From: Fistulifera solaris
Taxonomy: Eukaryota
DNA: 64,000 nt
Reading direction: 5' to 3'
NCBI GenBank assembly: GCA_030295235.1
Contig: AP026157.1
Location: 1-64,000, forward strand
Under the pieces are notes generated by a model. The model made no database searches and was not told the origin of the DNA. It saw nothing but the letters and a program-made list of their open reading frames with translations. Shown here piece after piece: positions 12,615-26,080 of the stretch (the first letter of the stretch is position 1; the number at the start of each line of letters is the position of its first letter). A program made the position numbers and the translations under genes.

Positions 12615-13290
12615 ACAGGATTTCTGGTCCTCCAGAATTTCTGTATGATTAAAAATAACTATTTCAGATTTTCTGGAACCTGCACCCTCTTTGTTCTAAT
12701 CCCAAAACACTGTTTCCAGATTTTCTGCAACAGCAAATTTCTTTGTTATAATCAACAACACCGTTTCCAGAATTTCTGGAAAGCGCACAGGATTTCGGTG
12801 GGATCGAAAAATTGGTCCAGAAATTCTAGAACTCCACAGAATTTCTATATGAACACAATTAAATCTTCCAAAAATTCTGGAATTTGCATTCACTTTCGTT
12901 GTGATCCCAAAACACTCTTTCCAGATTTTCTGCAACGTGCACCTTTCTTTCTTATGATGCGCAATACGGTTTCCAGAAATTCTGGAAATCTCACAGGATT
13001 TTGGTGAGATCGAAAAATTGGTACTGAATTTCTGGACCTCCACAGAATTTCTGTATGATTAGAGTTAACACCTTACCTTCTTATGATCAACAACACAGTT
13101 TACCAGAATTTCTGTAAAGCGCACAGCATTTCGGTGGGATCGAAAAATTAAGGACCTACGAAAATATGTCCAGAAATTCTGGAAATCCACAGAATTTCTG
13201 TATGAACACAATTAAATCTTCCAGAAATTCTGGAATTTTCACTCACGTTCGTTATGAACCCAAAACACTGTTTCCAGATTTTCTGCAACG
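12615..13290. repeat. Minisatellite of the CCAGAAATTCTGGA family with a higher-order ~200-bp duplication
   Basis: More than 12 CCAGAWWTTCTG cores; block ~12750-12937 is repeated at ~13085-13290. Confidence 0.85.
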
Positions 13291-14070
13291 CAGTAAGACA
13301 ATGAAGATGGTGAGAAGTGAGAATACATCATGGTAAAGGCAAGCAGATTAGATATTTGTAATCCGATTAATAGAGGTTTCTACTTTTACTTCTCTCTCTC
13401 ACAATTAAGCTCCATCTATGTGTTAGAAACGATCTCGTTGTCAGGACGCATCTACATAGTGGGTATTTGCTCGCTTCTGAAAGATGAAAAATTTGCCCGG
13501 TAAAGAGCAATGTCGATTATGAGATTTTAGCTACCGGAGAACGAACGAAAGCGGTCGCTTCATTGAAACTGTATTTAGTCGAGTCTCTGATTGCTGCTTC
13601 AAGAAATCCACAATTGCTAGGCAGAGCCCAATACAATAACGAAAGTTCGAGATCATAGATCATTTTAAGGTTCACGCTGGTTGCTACATCATTTGCAATC
13701 ACCGGTAAGGTTTATCAATATCCGATGAACCTGCGACTACGTGGTTATTGGAGGAATCTACATTTTACTTTATGTTGCAAGAGATGCCGACGCTCACTTT
13801 TCCAACCTGCTACTCCGTATTATCTTCGGCTACAATGCTCGCCCGACAAAAGCCCGCTCAACATTTTCGTCGTCAGATTGATACGCGTCACGAAGCTTCT
13901 GTTCGAAGCGTTGTCAGCAATTGGAGTGGGATATATTTTTGCATTGACTGTTCGCTGGCAATGTTGTTTGCGTTATGCGGAACTAGTGATACAAGCTACA
14001 AAGCAAGGCTAGCGGTCAAAAAGGCTCACGTTTTAATTTAAAAAGGCCTTCCGTCAACCGATCGTTCATT

Positions 14071-15640
14071 CTAAAGATAAATCGCAGCAATCACTGTCAT
14101 CAACGCCATTTTGAACGTCAACAGAAAGTCATAAGCAACAACCGATGAAGTAGGAACGGTCCCTTCTTCTCCTGTGGTCGGCGTCGCTTCAGTTGGAGTG
14201 GGAGCGTCTGCTGTAGGGGTCGGCGCTGAAGGAGCAGGTTCGCTATCTGTGGTGGGCGCGGGAGCAGAGAGTTCGGGGCATTTGAGATACTCTTCCTGAA
14301 TGAGAGTTTTGTCATAACATACAAAACCGTTCAGTGGCAGACCACCTAGACCGCCTGCTTGCAAAAGAGTCGTCGACTTGGGATCCACCGGTGTACATTC
14401 CTCGGACGCCTCTTGTACATTCTCCGCTGCTGAAATGCGTTCTGTGAACGCCGCCAGATAAGATGCGATGCTTTTGTAAGAGACCGGTCCGTCGTTCATA
14501 GGTGTGTACCACCACTGGTCGGCGAGGATGGCCTGTTGAAGGAAGAAATGGTCGCGGTTAGATTTGGAAGAAGCGCATCAAGATTTTTAAATAATAATAA
14601 TAAACTTACGCGGTCCGGAAATAGAATCTTGAAGTTGTCATCAATTAGCCGAGAGCTACGCGAGTCGATCATCCAAAAGTCAACAGGGAAGTACGTATCA
14701 CCGTTACACTCCTCACTTATGGCAACCGCCTCACAACCTTTGAAGTACTGAATCGATGTAATCTCACCCCATCCTTCATAAGTGTCCGCATGCAGAAAGG
14801 GCATACCAAGTTCTTCCAGTGTTCGAGGAACCCACAATTCAATCGGATCATGGTCGCTCAAAGTCGCATACGAGGTACCGTTCTCGTCCTGTTCTATGGC
14901 CAGCCATATGTTCTTGATGCGAATACCCTTTTCGTGTGCTTGTGCGGCAGCATCTGTAAGAGCACTCGCAGCTTCACAAGCAGCCTGCTTCTGTGCGTTC
15001 AAAGCGTCAATGTCGACATCCGAACCCAAGAACACTGCCAATTCCTCGATTCGATTCGCAATGTCAATCATCGACCTTCCGTAACAAGTCGAAGGATCAA
15101 TCTGAGAGTAATTAAAGGCGCGACAGGTTTCGTTGTACTCAAAGTATGTATCAACGAAGATGACAGGAAGTCCAGCGGCATCCATTTCCAAGGCTTGTGG
15201 ATCCCAACCGTTGTCGATGTACAAAAGAAATTAACCTCATCCCTTAAAGCAAATAGATCCGTCATATTGTCGATTTGACCGCATCCTCGGGTATTGAGGT
15301 AACAGGAAGGCGAAAGGTTGATGGCCGAAGACAAGAAAGCTATCTCCTCTGGAGTTGGGCCCATCTCCGGAAAGATAGGAGCGGCGTCCGGATTCTCTGG
15401 ATCTAACTCGGACCCTCGAATCGCCCAATCATCCCATACGGCAACCAGCTGATCTGCTGTCATTCCCATGTGAAAGAGAGACAAGCCACCCACCCCGGCG
15501 CGAACAGCGACTTTGGCTTTGACGGTGTTGTCCCATTCATGAGTGGTGCCGCGATCATCCAAAAATGTGGCAGCGTCCGACGACGAGAAAGAAAGGAACA
15601 GAACTGTTGCAATTGCGGATACCGTGTGATGAAACAACAT
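14071..15640 (-). CDS. FBP1: FBP1-like ferric-siderophore-binding protein, copy A (surface-anchored)
   Basis: Signal peptide, then TFLDDRG.T, resembling DesE/FhuD-type class III binding proteins (F.DDRG..); Pro/Thr stalk and hydrophobic C-terminus. Intron 14533-14609; 1-bp frameshift at ~15225. Confidence 0.65.
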
Positions 15641-16249
15641 GTCAAGAACAAGATATAGTCAACTCGGAAGATGATGATAAGATAAAGTGCGAAGAGCTTT
15701 TACCTCAAGCCTCAAGTGATAACTTCCGCTCTCTAGAAAGCGAATCTATCTTGCATTGATTGTGGCTCACGCTGAGCTCAAGGACTCAAGGTCTCACTAA
15801 AACCGCGTGCTCCTTGGTGTCAATCGTCAATCGTCAATCGTCAATTGTAAACTGTCAAGTGAAAATGCATCACATGGACACATGGATCTAAAGTTTCACG
15901 TAGATTGCATAAAATATCAGTGTCACCAATAGTACAGGAAGGCATGTTGCTGCTTGTTACTCGCGAATCAGAGCAATAAAGCCGAGAGGCCATTGCAGAA
16001 TTCAGATAGTATTCCGGATGATTCTAAAAACATATAGTCTTTAGGATGATTCCAGCGTTTTTTGATTTTCATTCGCTTTATCGATTTGTGAAAAGCAATG
16101 AGGACAGCACAAGCTTGCCACGAGCTTCGTTAAAGTCGACGCTTGCCATGCGAAAATGCGACGATGTCAAGTCTTATTTTTCGTCTTCGTCGAAGTCGCT
16201 ACGACAAAGGACTGGATTACTATAGTTTAGTCATGAGTCGTTTTGAATA

Positions 16250-16974
<725 letters not shown>

Positions 16975-18123
16975 TATGGATAATAATTAATGAAATGTGT
17001 ATGTCACGAGTTAAAATATTCTTATTTCGACGTACCAAACCAAATTGACTTAATTCATTTGAAACCTGCTTTTAATGAACAAAGGTCTTCCTTGGTCACA
17101 AAGCCAAACTATGAAGGGCTTATTTATGCTCCCGATTACTATGGCCCAAAGTGTAAACTACCTTTTTCGTGACTGCGATCCAGTCATGAATGGTTCAAGA
17201 TGAATTTTGTCCGTGCCGAAAGTCAACTAAGTTGTCTTTAAACAGCTGCAAATGAAGTAATAAGCGCATCGATCTACGACATTATTTCCGCGTTCGATTT
17301 GGGCTAGAATCATCGATAATATGTCAGAGAACAGATGAGAAACGAGCATAGACAAGAATTAGCGAAAAATTGTTTCAGACAGAATTTCCGTTTGAAAATT
17401 TTTTATGCTCGGATTTTCCGTCTGCGCTTCAAACGAGAAGAAAAAATAATGTTGCTTCGCAAATATCCTCCGTAAACCGGACCGATTGTTGCTCATAGAG
17501 ATCCTTTATAAAAAAAAATGCAAGAGACGTACAACTACGATTTTCACTCTATCGTTCCCAGAATGTCCGTCCACACCGGTGACTTCGAAAGAATGCTAGA
17601 GCAATCGCCCCGCTTCACGTCTGCTGCTGCGTTTATTCTGATGAGAAGAGTTAGTTGGCGTCGAATTCGGTCGTTTCGGCTTATGCTACTTCATCGTTTA
17701 GCATCGTGTGTTTACAGCCAGATGATGCCACAATCTTTTCAAAAATGAAAGAGGCTCTGCAAAAACTTACGTGCTATCAGCCAACCCCACGACGACGATT
17801 CTTTATAGTGTTTGTTGATTGCAATCGACCTAAAACGAATGTAACATTGTGGCTCTTTTTTCGCCACTTTTTAGCTGTTGAACTTTCAAGAATGTATGCA
17901 AAATGCAACACATTGGCTGAGCTTCACTGCGAAAATGAAAACGACGCTTTAAGCCGTGGCTAGGCGAAGAATTCTTCTGTTCGTTGCCATAACGAGCCCG
18001 ATGGTCATTGTTCCCTATGTATTAGTTGCAAACAAATACATTACTGAGCAATGTAGACAAGAGAAGATGATAACAACTTGCAATCATCAAGAACACCTTA
18101 ACTACAGATAACTGATTCCAGCC

Positions 18124-19707
18124 TTACAAATAGATCGCAGCAATCAACATCATCATGAGCGCGCCGATCATCGAATCGACGCGTGTTGCGATAACGGACG
18201 AAGTTGGAACCGAGCCACCATCGACTGCGGTAGGTGTCGGAGCACTCGCCGAAGGCGTAGGGGCAATAGGTTCGCTAGCTGTCGTAGGAGCAGTTGGGGC
18301 AGAAGCACTATCTGCGGTGGGTGCTGGAGCAGAGAGATCGGGGCATTGAAGATACTCTTCTTGAATGAGACTTCTATCATAGCAGACAAATGCGTTGAGT
18401 GGCAGCCCGCCCGAACCATCTGCTTTCAAATGAGCAATCGACTTGGGATCCACTGGGGTGCATTCCTCAGTCGCCTCTTGTACATTTTCTGCTGCTAAAA
18501 TGCGTTCCGTGAAACCAGTTAGATAGGACGCGATTATCTTGTACGACAGCGGTCCGTCGTTCATGGGAGTGTACCACCACTGGTCGGCAAGAATGGCCTG
18601 TAATAAGTAAAGAAGAGTTTGAGGTTAGACGTTTACCAAGCAAGGAATGAACGATCGTCATATTTCTCAAATGCTTACTCTGTCGGGGAAAAGCAATTTG
18701 AAATTGTCGTCAACCAATCGAGAACTGCGCGAGTCAATCATCCAAAAGTCCACGGGGAAATAAGTGTTTCCGTTACAGTCTTGATTGACGTTACCAGGCT
18801 CACAATCCACAAAGTACTGATCCGCTGTGATTTCGCCCCATTCTTCGTAGGTATCACCATGTAAAAGAGGCATTCCGAGTTCTTCCAGCGTTCGCGGAAC
18901 CCAAAGGTCGATCGGATCATAATCACTCATAGAAGCATACGAGGTTCCGTTCTCGTCCTGGTTTACGGCTAACCAAATGTTCTTGATGCGAATACCCCTT
19001 TCGTGCGCTTGTGCGGCAGCATCGGTGAGAGCACTCGCAGCTTCACAGGCGGCCTGCTTTTGCTCGTTTAAGGCATTAACGTCGACATCGGAACCCAAAA
19101 ACACAGCGAGCTCTTCCAGTCGATTCGCAATGTCGATCATAGATCGTCCGTAGCACATCGACGGATCAATCAGCGAGTAGTTGAAGGCACGGCAATTCTC
19201 GTTGTATTCGTAGAACGTATCAACAAAGATGACAGGAAAGCCTGCGGCATCTACCTCCAAGAACTTTTCATCGACACCGTTATCAATGAACAGAACAAAG
19301 TCAATCTGATCCTTCAATGGGATCAAGTCGGTAACATTATCCATTTGGAAACACCCACGAGGATTCGTATAGCAGGACGGTGAAAGATTGACCGCCCCGG
19401 ATAAAAAGGCTGCTTCCTCTGGACCAGGATCCAGCTCCGGAAAGACCGAGCCGGCCGACGGATTCGCCGGATCAAAATCAGATCCACGGATGCCCCAGAT
19501 ACCCCATGTCGCTACCAACTGATCTGCTGTCATCCCCATATGAAAGAGAGAAACACCACCGATGCCAGCGCGTACCGCAACCTTGGCTTTCACGGTATTA
19601 TCCCATTCATGAACGGTACCTCGATCATCGCGGAACGTGGCGGCGTCCGAGGAGGAAGAGATGAAAAGAAGTGCTGCGAGGGTGCTTACGGTACGGTAGA
19701 ACATCAT
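18124..19707 (-). CDS. FBP1: FBP1-like ferric-siderophore-binding protein, copy B (intact, ~500 aa)
   Basis: Close paralogue of copy A with an intron at the same position (18598-18678, LFPDR|AILADQWW); signal peptide, TFRDDRG, Pro/Thr stalk, hydrophobic C-terminus. Confidence 0.7.
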
Positions 19708-20492
19708 TGTGAATGTGTTATTTTGACGTACTTGCTTCGAAAAGAGACTTACACCGATGCTGTCAAAAGACTGCGAAAAATGATTCATCGGCTTCATTTT
19801 TTTTCAAACGCTTCGCTTCCATCTCAGAACCAACCATACTTCCGGTAACACAAGATCTTGAACTGACACCAAAAAGATCTTAAGATCCAAGCGCGTGGCC
19901 CACGTGTGGCTGGGATCTTTGTTATCGCCATGTACATGGGCAATGATAACTTCATGTACACATTCACCCATAATTTGTAACCAGTGGCCGATGCACGCAG
20001 CCAAGGCCTAATGCTGAAAGATATAGGGAAGTAGAAAGGCTACCAGGTATTGCTTGATGTTTGAACTCTTGACTCTTGACCTTCGAGTGAAGTTTCTTGG
20101 TTGCCATTCATTTTGATCAAAAAAATGAGGGCAGCGCAAGTTTGACACGAGTTTTGTTGATTCGACGCGTGCTGCGAACACGATCGAATGTTCGAAGTAG
20201 CCCAGTCACGAGCTCTTTACTCTTTTTACCAGTCATACCCTCGCTCCGTGACTCACTTTCAGAAACACCTTTTGTACTGCGACTATAACGCATCACGAAC
20301 GCGGACGAGAAAACGAGATGCTCGATCTTCCGATCTTTTTTTTCTTTTTTTTGTTTCTGCGTTGTGCAAACGTCGCAGAGATCGCTGCAAACGTTGGCAC
20401 TTTGCGCAAACGACTTATCGGAGAAGTGTCATCCGCCATTCGCATTTATCCCCTTTGAATACATATATCATTTCAAAGCACAGCGATATAGC

Positions 20493-22309
20493 ATGGCCCT
20501 CGCGATCACTCTATTAGCTGCCGGTGCCTGTTACAGCGACAGCGCTTTCAAACGATGCGCTTTGCAGCCTTCGGAATGCCCTACTCCAGAAGTGTATCAA
20601 ACCAGTCAATGGATGACGGCGAATGATGCCACAAATGCCGCGAAATGTGCTTCACAAAGTGCTATTCTCAAGATTCCGGCGTTAGGACGTTGTGATTCGG
20701 AATCGGAGCGATTCATTTGCACTTCCCATGCTTCTGCTTGTCGTGTCGATGTTGCCTTTAACGCACTGGATCCAGATTGTACCGTCTTGCACGATTATCG
20801 TCCCGTCGATACTCCCTTTATTCGAAGCTTTTACGGAGAATGCGTTGCGACAGAAGACGGAATTGCTGCTGGTTTGGAATCGTTTGCGGTCTGGCAATTC
20901 AACGAATGTGATACTTCCACCAACATGTACGCCTTTGACACGGCGGATAAATTCTTTGCTGGTGATGCGCCCACGGCTCAATGCGACAAGGTCAAGACCG
21001 GAGCGTGTGTCGATTCCAGCGACAACACAAACTTCTTTTGTGCCGTCAGTTCCGAAGTGTGCAGCTCTACCACCGGTTTCTCTTATCTGAACGTGACGCA
21101 AGTTGAAGCACAGCTCTCGACGACTTGCAAACTCTGCGATACGATTCCTTCTCCTCCCGTCACCCGACACGTCTTTGCTGGAGCGTGTATTGTTGACTCG
21201 ACGTCCGAGTTCAAGCGATGTGCGTTGATGGCGGAGCACTGCGATGGCACAGGCGAAAAGTTTTTCTCTTCCAAGGCCCTCGAGACCGCCGGCATCGACG
21301 CCGCAAATGTCTGCAAAACGCAGGAAGGTCTTCATCAAGTTCGTTTAGGACGTTGTGACTCGGAATCCGATCAATTCGCTTGCGTTTCGGATGCTAGCGG
21401 GTGTACCATCTCCCAATCCTTTCAAGCGAATGACGATACTTGCCTTTTGGTGGAAGATAAAGGCACCGTTTCGGCTTTTAGGACGACTCACTTTGGACAT
21501 TGTTCGATCGGCGAGGATGTCTCCTTTAGCGGTTTCCAAGCCGGACGCGAGAATTATTGTGCGTGGAGCTTAAATGAATGCAAGGACGAAGATCCCAACG
21601 CCCGACCGTATGCGTATGGCAAAGCAGTGCCCACCATGTCCGGTTCCGATCCGCTTTGTCAATGTGACGATGTTCGAACGGGTGCTTGTGTCAGTGATGC
21701 AAACCCCAATGATTCGTACTGTGCCGTAGCCAGCTCGGCATGCGACACCGGTTACACTTTTTCAATGTTCGCGCTTTGGAAGATCCCGCAGGGCCCAATA
21801 AGGTTTGTCTGCTCTGTCAAACGCTTCCGAGTGATTTAGCCGTACCCACCGCCGCAGCCCCCGTTCCGACGACTCCGGTGTCATCTCCTTCAGCTCCCTC
21901 TGCACCGACTTCTGCTGCTGCTCCGACTCCCACTGTGTCAGCTCCGTCGCCCGTGTGGTCTTATCCGGTGGCTTCTCCGAATCATCCGAGCTTTAGCGTT
22001 CCCAATATTGAAAGAGATTTTGAGAATGAGATTGAAAATGACAGTTTGGCGGCGGGTGCTGTCATCGGTATCGTTCTCGGCGTTCTCATCAGCGGCTGCT
22101 GTTTTCTGGCTGCCTATTGTATGTTCCGTAAGAAAGGAGAGTCTTCCATGGTCGATCAAGTCCCCAAGAAAGGCTCCGACGTTGATAAGACGGATCTTGG
22201 AAATGAAGAAGAAGGTCATTTTACATCGAGTCAGCCATCGTTATCGGCAATGGAACACGGAAAGTTCGAGGAGGATTTTATTCCGCAGGAAGATCATAGC
22301 GTAAATTAA
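20493..22309 (+). CDS. Cys-rich type-I membrane protein with two tandem ~215-aa domains, Pro/Ser stalk, TM helix and acidic tail
   Basis: ORF 20364-21839 joins 21740-22309 through a homopolymer frameshift at ~21760; the two domains align (AGAC..FKRCAL..LGRCDSES..TGACV..CAV.S..C..C.LC.T.P); TM AGAVIGIVLGVLISGCCFLAAYCMF. Confidence 0.8.
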
Positions 22310-22728
22310 AAAGAAGAAGGTTGATTGCGTTACAATGGTAAGCTTTGGTATCATTCCTCGTCGTCGATAATGATTCCGTTCCGCGATCGTTGCGTTGCAA
22401 GAAGCATAAAAAGTAAATGGGGGGATCTCGCGCATTCCCGGTCGACGAAAAGTCGTCTACACGTTGTATCTCAGAAATGTTGGGCAATGACGCAGGAATG
22501 TACGTTCTTTACGTCAACCAATCACGGGCGCCTACATTCTCGGTTATACGTCACGCTTAACCGGTTCTCGACTGTTTCAAATAAAGTACAAAACAAACGC
22601 GAGGTCCACGGCACGCGGAGTTTGCACTTTGCACCGTCTTGAATGAACGCATTTACTATTCGCATCCATTCATCTGCAAGTGCCTTCCTACGCTGTCATT
22701 TTGAATAATAATCAAGCAAACGAAGACC

Positions 22729-23466
22729 ATGGATCTCGCAGTTCGATTCTTAGCCCTCAGTGCCTGCTACGGCAGCGGCAACTGGGAGAGATGCACTCAG
22801 TCTTCGCCTACGGTTCCGACACCCATTGCTGCGCCCGTCGTAAGCCCTGTTGCTTCTCCTGTGCGAGCTCCGCATACGCCGACAGTGCACCCTCCGTCGT
22901 CTCCGGCTCATCCTGCAGCACCTCATTTTGCTCCGGCAAATCCGGCGGCGCCCGTGCACGCTCCTTCGGTGCATGCGCCTTCGTCTCCGCTTCATCCGTC
23001 GGCTCCTCACTTTGCCCCTTCGAATCCAGGCGCACCGGCACATCTTCCAACGGCCTTCAATCCTGCGACCCCGTCAGCTCCCGTGCATCCCCCGAGTCAT
23101 CCAGCTGCGCCGCACAATGCTCCGTCGAATCCTGCTGCCCCCGTGCATACGCCCGTCGCTCGGCCCGTCGTGGCGGCTCCGTCGCCCGTGTGGACGTATC
23201 CGGTGGCGTCTCCCAATCATCCGAGCTTCAGTGTGCCCAACATTGAGAGAGAATTCGAAAAGGAACTCGAAGAAGACAGTCTGGCGGCCGGTGCGGTCTT
23301 TGGTATCGTCGTCGGTGTTCTTTTGACGTCATGTATCTTCATTACGGCCTTTTGCATGATGCGTAAACGAGGAGGAGGATCTTCGGCGGCAAAACCTGCA
23401 CCGGTCGTCACGAACGAAATTCATTCCGCGACGGATTCGGAAGCGGGAGATGCTGCCTTTATCTAA
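22729..23466 (+). CDS. His/Pro/Ala-rich type-I membrane protein, paralogue of the upstream Cys-rich gene
   Basis: Intact 245-aa ORF sharing the N-terminal ACY..RC stub and APSPVW.YPVASPNHPSFSVPNIER.FE.E.E.DSLAAGAV.GIV.GVL with the 20493 gene. Confidence 0.8.
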   Translation: MDLAVRFLALSACYGSGNWERCTQSSPTVPTPIAAPVVSPVASPVRAPHTPTVHPPSSPAHPAAPHFAPANPAAPVHAPSVHAPSSPLHPSAPHFAPSNPGAPAHLPTAFNPATPSAPVHPPSHPAAPHNAPSNPAAPVHTPVARPVVAAPSPVWTYPVASPNHPSFSVPNIEREFEKELEEDSLAAGAVFGIVVGVLLTSCIFITAFCMMRKRGGGSSAAKPAPVVTNEIHSATDSEAGDAAFI

Positions 23467-23812
23467 GAACGTTTTGAATAACACGAATGACGAAGCGGAA
23501 ATAATATATTATTTATTAATGCGCAAGGTACATACAAATGAATATCATTCGTTGACTACAAATGCGAGATTAATGCATTTTGTAGGACTATCGATGTATC
23601 GGCGCTAGTCTCTATTGAAGAAAAATGCGAGCGGTTCGGTGTTTGTGCTTTGAAAGCAGTCTTAGCTTCATGAAAGATATGCTAGTTGGTGTGTGGCGGA
23701 CTCTTTTCAAGAATAAGGAAAGAAAATCACAACCTGATGTCTCAATCTTTACAGCAACAAATCTTTACAGCAACAAACTACCTTCTAACAGCATCATATT
23801 CTCTATTTGTAC

Positions 23813-24988
23813 TTAACATTTTTCTAGGAGCACTGCAATACCCTGTCCACCTCCGATACAGGCAGCACCGATGTAGTACTTGTCGTTTCCGCTCCATGTG
23901 TTAACCAAATGAGCCATGATTCTGCTACCCGAAGCACCCAATGGATGTCCCAGACTGATCGCTCCTCCGTGAATGTTGAACTTGTCCATGTCGAGATCGA
24001 GTTCTTTTGCGCAAGCCAAAACCTGGGCCGCAAACGCCTCATTGATTTCAACTCGATCCATATCACGCAACGTCAAGCCCGCCTTGCTCAATGCCTGCTG
24101 AATCGCCGTCACGGGTCCGATTCCCATAATCGTCGGCTCACATCCAGTGACTCCGTAGCTCACAATGCGAGCGAGAGGTGTCAAGTTGTGTTGCTTGACA
24201 GCTTCTTCGCTGGCAATAATGACACTACCGGCACCGTCACAAATTCCGGAAGCATTCGCCGCCGACACGACGCCATCCTTCTGAAAGACGGACGGCAACT
24301 TGTTAATTTTCTCAAAGGTCGAGTCCGGTCGAGGGTGCTCGTCCGTGTCGACGAGAACTTCCTTTTTCTTATTCTTGACAGACACGGGTGCCATCTCGGC
24401 CTGAAAGACACCGTTGTCGTTCGCTTTCTTCCATAGCTGCTGCGAACGAATCGCGTACTCGTCACATTCCGCTCTCGTAATATCATACTTCTTGCCTAGG
24501 TTTTCGGCCGTCACACCCATTGGTGTGCCCGCATGAGCATCCGTCAGTCCATTCCATAACGAGTCGGTCAAAGAAATGCCTTGACCCAACGATGTCCCCC
24601 AACGGACCGTGCCGGACGCATTCAAAGGGGCCAGACTCATACTTTCGACTCCGCCCGCCAAACTGACGTGACTTTCGCCGAGCTGGATGCTTTTAAAAGA
24701 CTGCACGACCGTTTCAAAGCCACTGCCGCACAGTCGATTGAGCGTCAAAGCGGGTGTTGCAATCGGAATGCCGCTTTTCAAACCAATGTGACGACTCAAA
24801 TACGCCGCATCGTCTCCTGTTTGAATGACATTACCAAAATAAATCGAGTCAACGATCGTAGGATCGATATTTTGCAAAGCCGCTTGCGTCGACGCGACGC
24901 CCAATTGCACGGCGGACGTATTTTTGAAGCTTCCTCCGAAGGCACCGAACGGAGTGCGCTTTGCGGCGACTACAAAGATTCCGGACAT
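23813..24988 (-). CDS. Acetyl-CoA C-acyltransferase (3-ketoacyl-CoA thiolase, ACAA2-like)
   Basis: Intact 391 aa; NRLCGSG, NEAFAAQ, GHPLGASG, ACIGGGQGIA catalytic motifs. Confidence 0.96.
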   Translation of the reverse strand: MSGIFVVAAKRTPFGAFGGSFKNTSAVQLGVASTQAALQNIDPTIVDSIYFGNVIQTGDDAAYLSRHIGLKSGIPIATPALTLNRLCGSGFETVVQSFKSIQLGESHVSLAGGVESMSLAPLNASGTVRWGTSLGQGISLTDSLWNGLTDAHAGTPMGVTAENLGKKYDITRAECDEYAIRSQQLWKKANDNGVFQAEMAPVSVKNKKKEVLVDTDEHPRPDSTFEKINKLPSVFQKDGVVSAANASGICDGAGSVIIASEEAVKQHNLTPLARIVSYGVTGCEPTIMGIGPVTAIQQALSKAGLTLRDMDRVEINEAFAAQVLACAKELDLDMDKFNIHGGAISLGHPLGASGSRIMAHLVNTWSGNDKYYIGAACIGGGQGIAVLLEKC

Positions 24989-25419
24989 TCTTAGATAAGC
25001 TAGAAGAGTAAAGGAATAGGAAAAGGGTCTTGTTGAATGCTAAACAACGTGCTAAAGGATGCTCGTCGATGAAAGCGAAGAAAAAAGTGTCTTTTGTCGT
25101 TTTTGCAAAAGAACGCGCAGGATACGAAAAGAGGTGTCAAAAAGTGGGGTGATGTTAGAAACGGGACTCGTGACGATGCTCTTTCATTCATCGTACCGGT
25201 ACTTACATTCGGGTCCTTCATCGTGGGCAGCATGCTAGCCAAATTCAATTCTCCAGCGAGTCTATTGATCGATCAGAATACATTCATTGACGTTTTATGA
25301 CTGCCAGAATCATTGAATTTTAAAAAGAAAGCACCGGCGCTAAACTTGTTCGTGCATTGGTAAACGAAGGAGGTCGCGCAGGAATCTACTGTACCAGTAG
25401 TCCCAAGTGTAAGCTCAAT

Positions 25420-26080
25420 TATCCACGACTGTATTGCAGTCACGAAGCTATACTTATTGACGACAATGCTGCCTACAATTCGTTCTTTAGCATAATATCT
25501 TGGGCTCCTTTGTTGTAGTTAAAGTGAAAAAGTCTTAAGCAGCGTTGCGTTCACATGCTTTGATATTTGTACGTCGAAAAGCCTGCGAGGCCTTGTCTTT
25601 CGTATTTACTATAGATGATAGTGTTGTCCGCATCTCGCCACGACTGCTGTTTAGCAAAAAAAGTAAATAATGTTTCAAGCTACAATGGTCATTGAAAATT
25701 CGTCATTCTCCGAATGTATTGATTTCCGTTTGCCGGGGTTGCAAAATGTAGGTTTCAGCAGAATTCACATTGCAAGTCTTGATATTTGTAAATAATAAAC
25801 TTCTGTATTTGACTATCGGTCGAAGTGTAGGTTCTAAGTATCCACGACTGCATTTCCGTCATTACCCTATTTATCGAGCGACTATGTTACCTACAATTCG
25901 TTCGTTCGTCCAATTACCTAAACTCTACTACTTGCTTTTATTATAATCAAGTAGTTTTTTAGCAGCGTTTGCATTACATGTAATTCTGTTTTGCGTCAAA
26001 GAGCCTAGCGAAACCTTGTCTTCTGTATTTACTATAGACCGAAGTGTTGGTTCAAGGGGACCACGACTGCATCTCAGTCA
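25420..26080. repeat. Degenerate ~210-bp tandem repeat (about 3 units)
   Basis: CCACGACTG at 25423, 25638, 25842 and 26061; GTATTT(G)ACTAT blocks recur at the same phase. Confidence 0.6.

Noticed and set aside
12597..13043. ORFs over the 12.6-kb array, and similar ORFs at 4596, 39819-40415, 45446 and 60344-60743
   Set aside because: Incidental open frames in tandem repeats, with no recognisable protein features
17000..18100. A ferric reductase or other gene between the FBP paralogues
   Set aside because: Only short ORFs (60-102 aa) with no recognisable motifs
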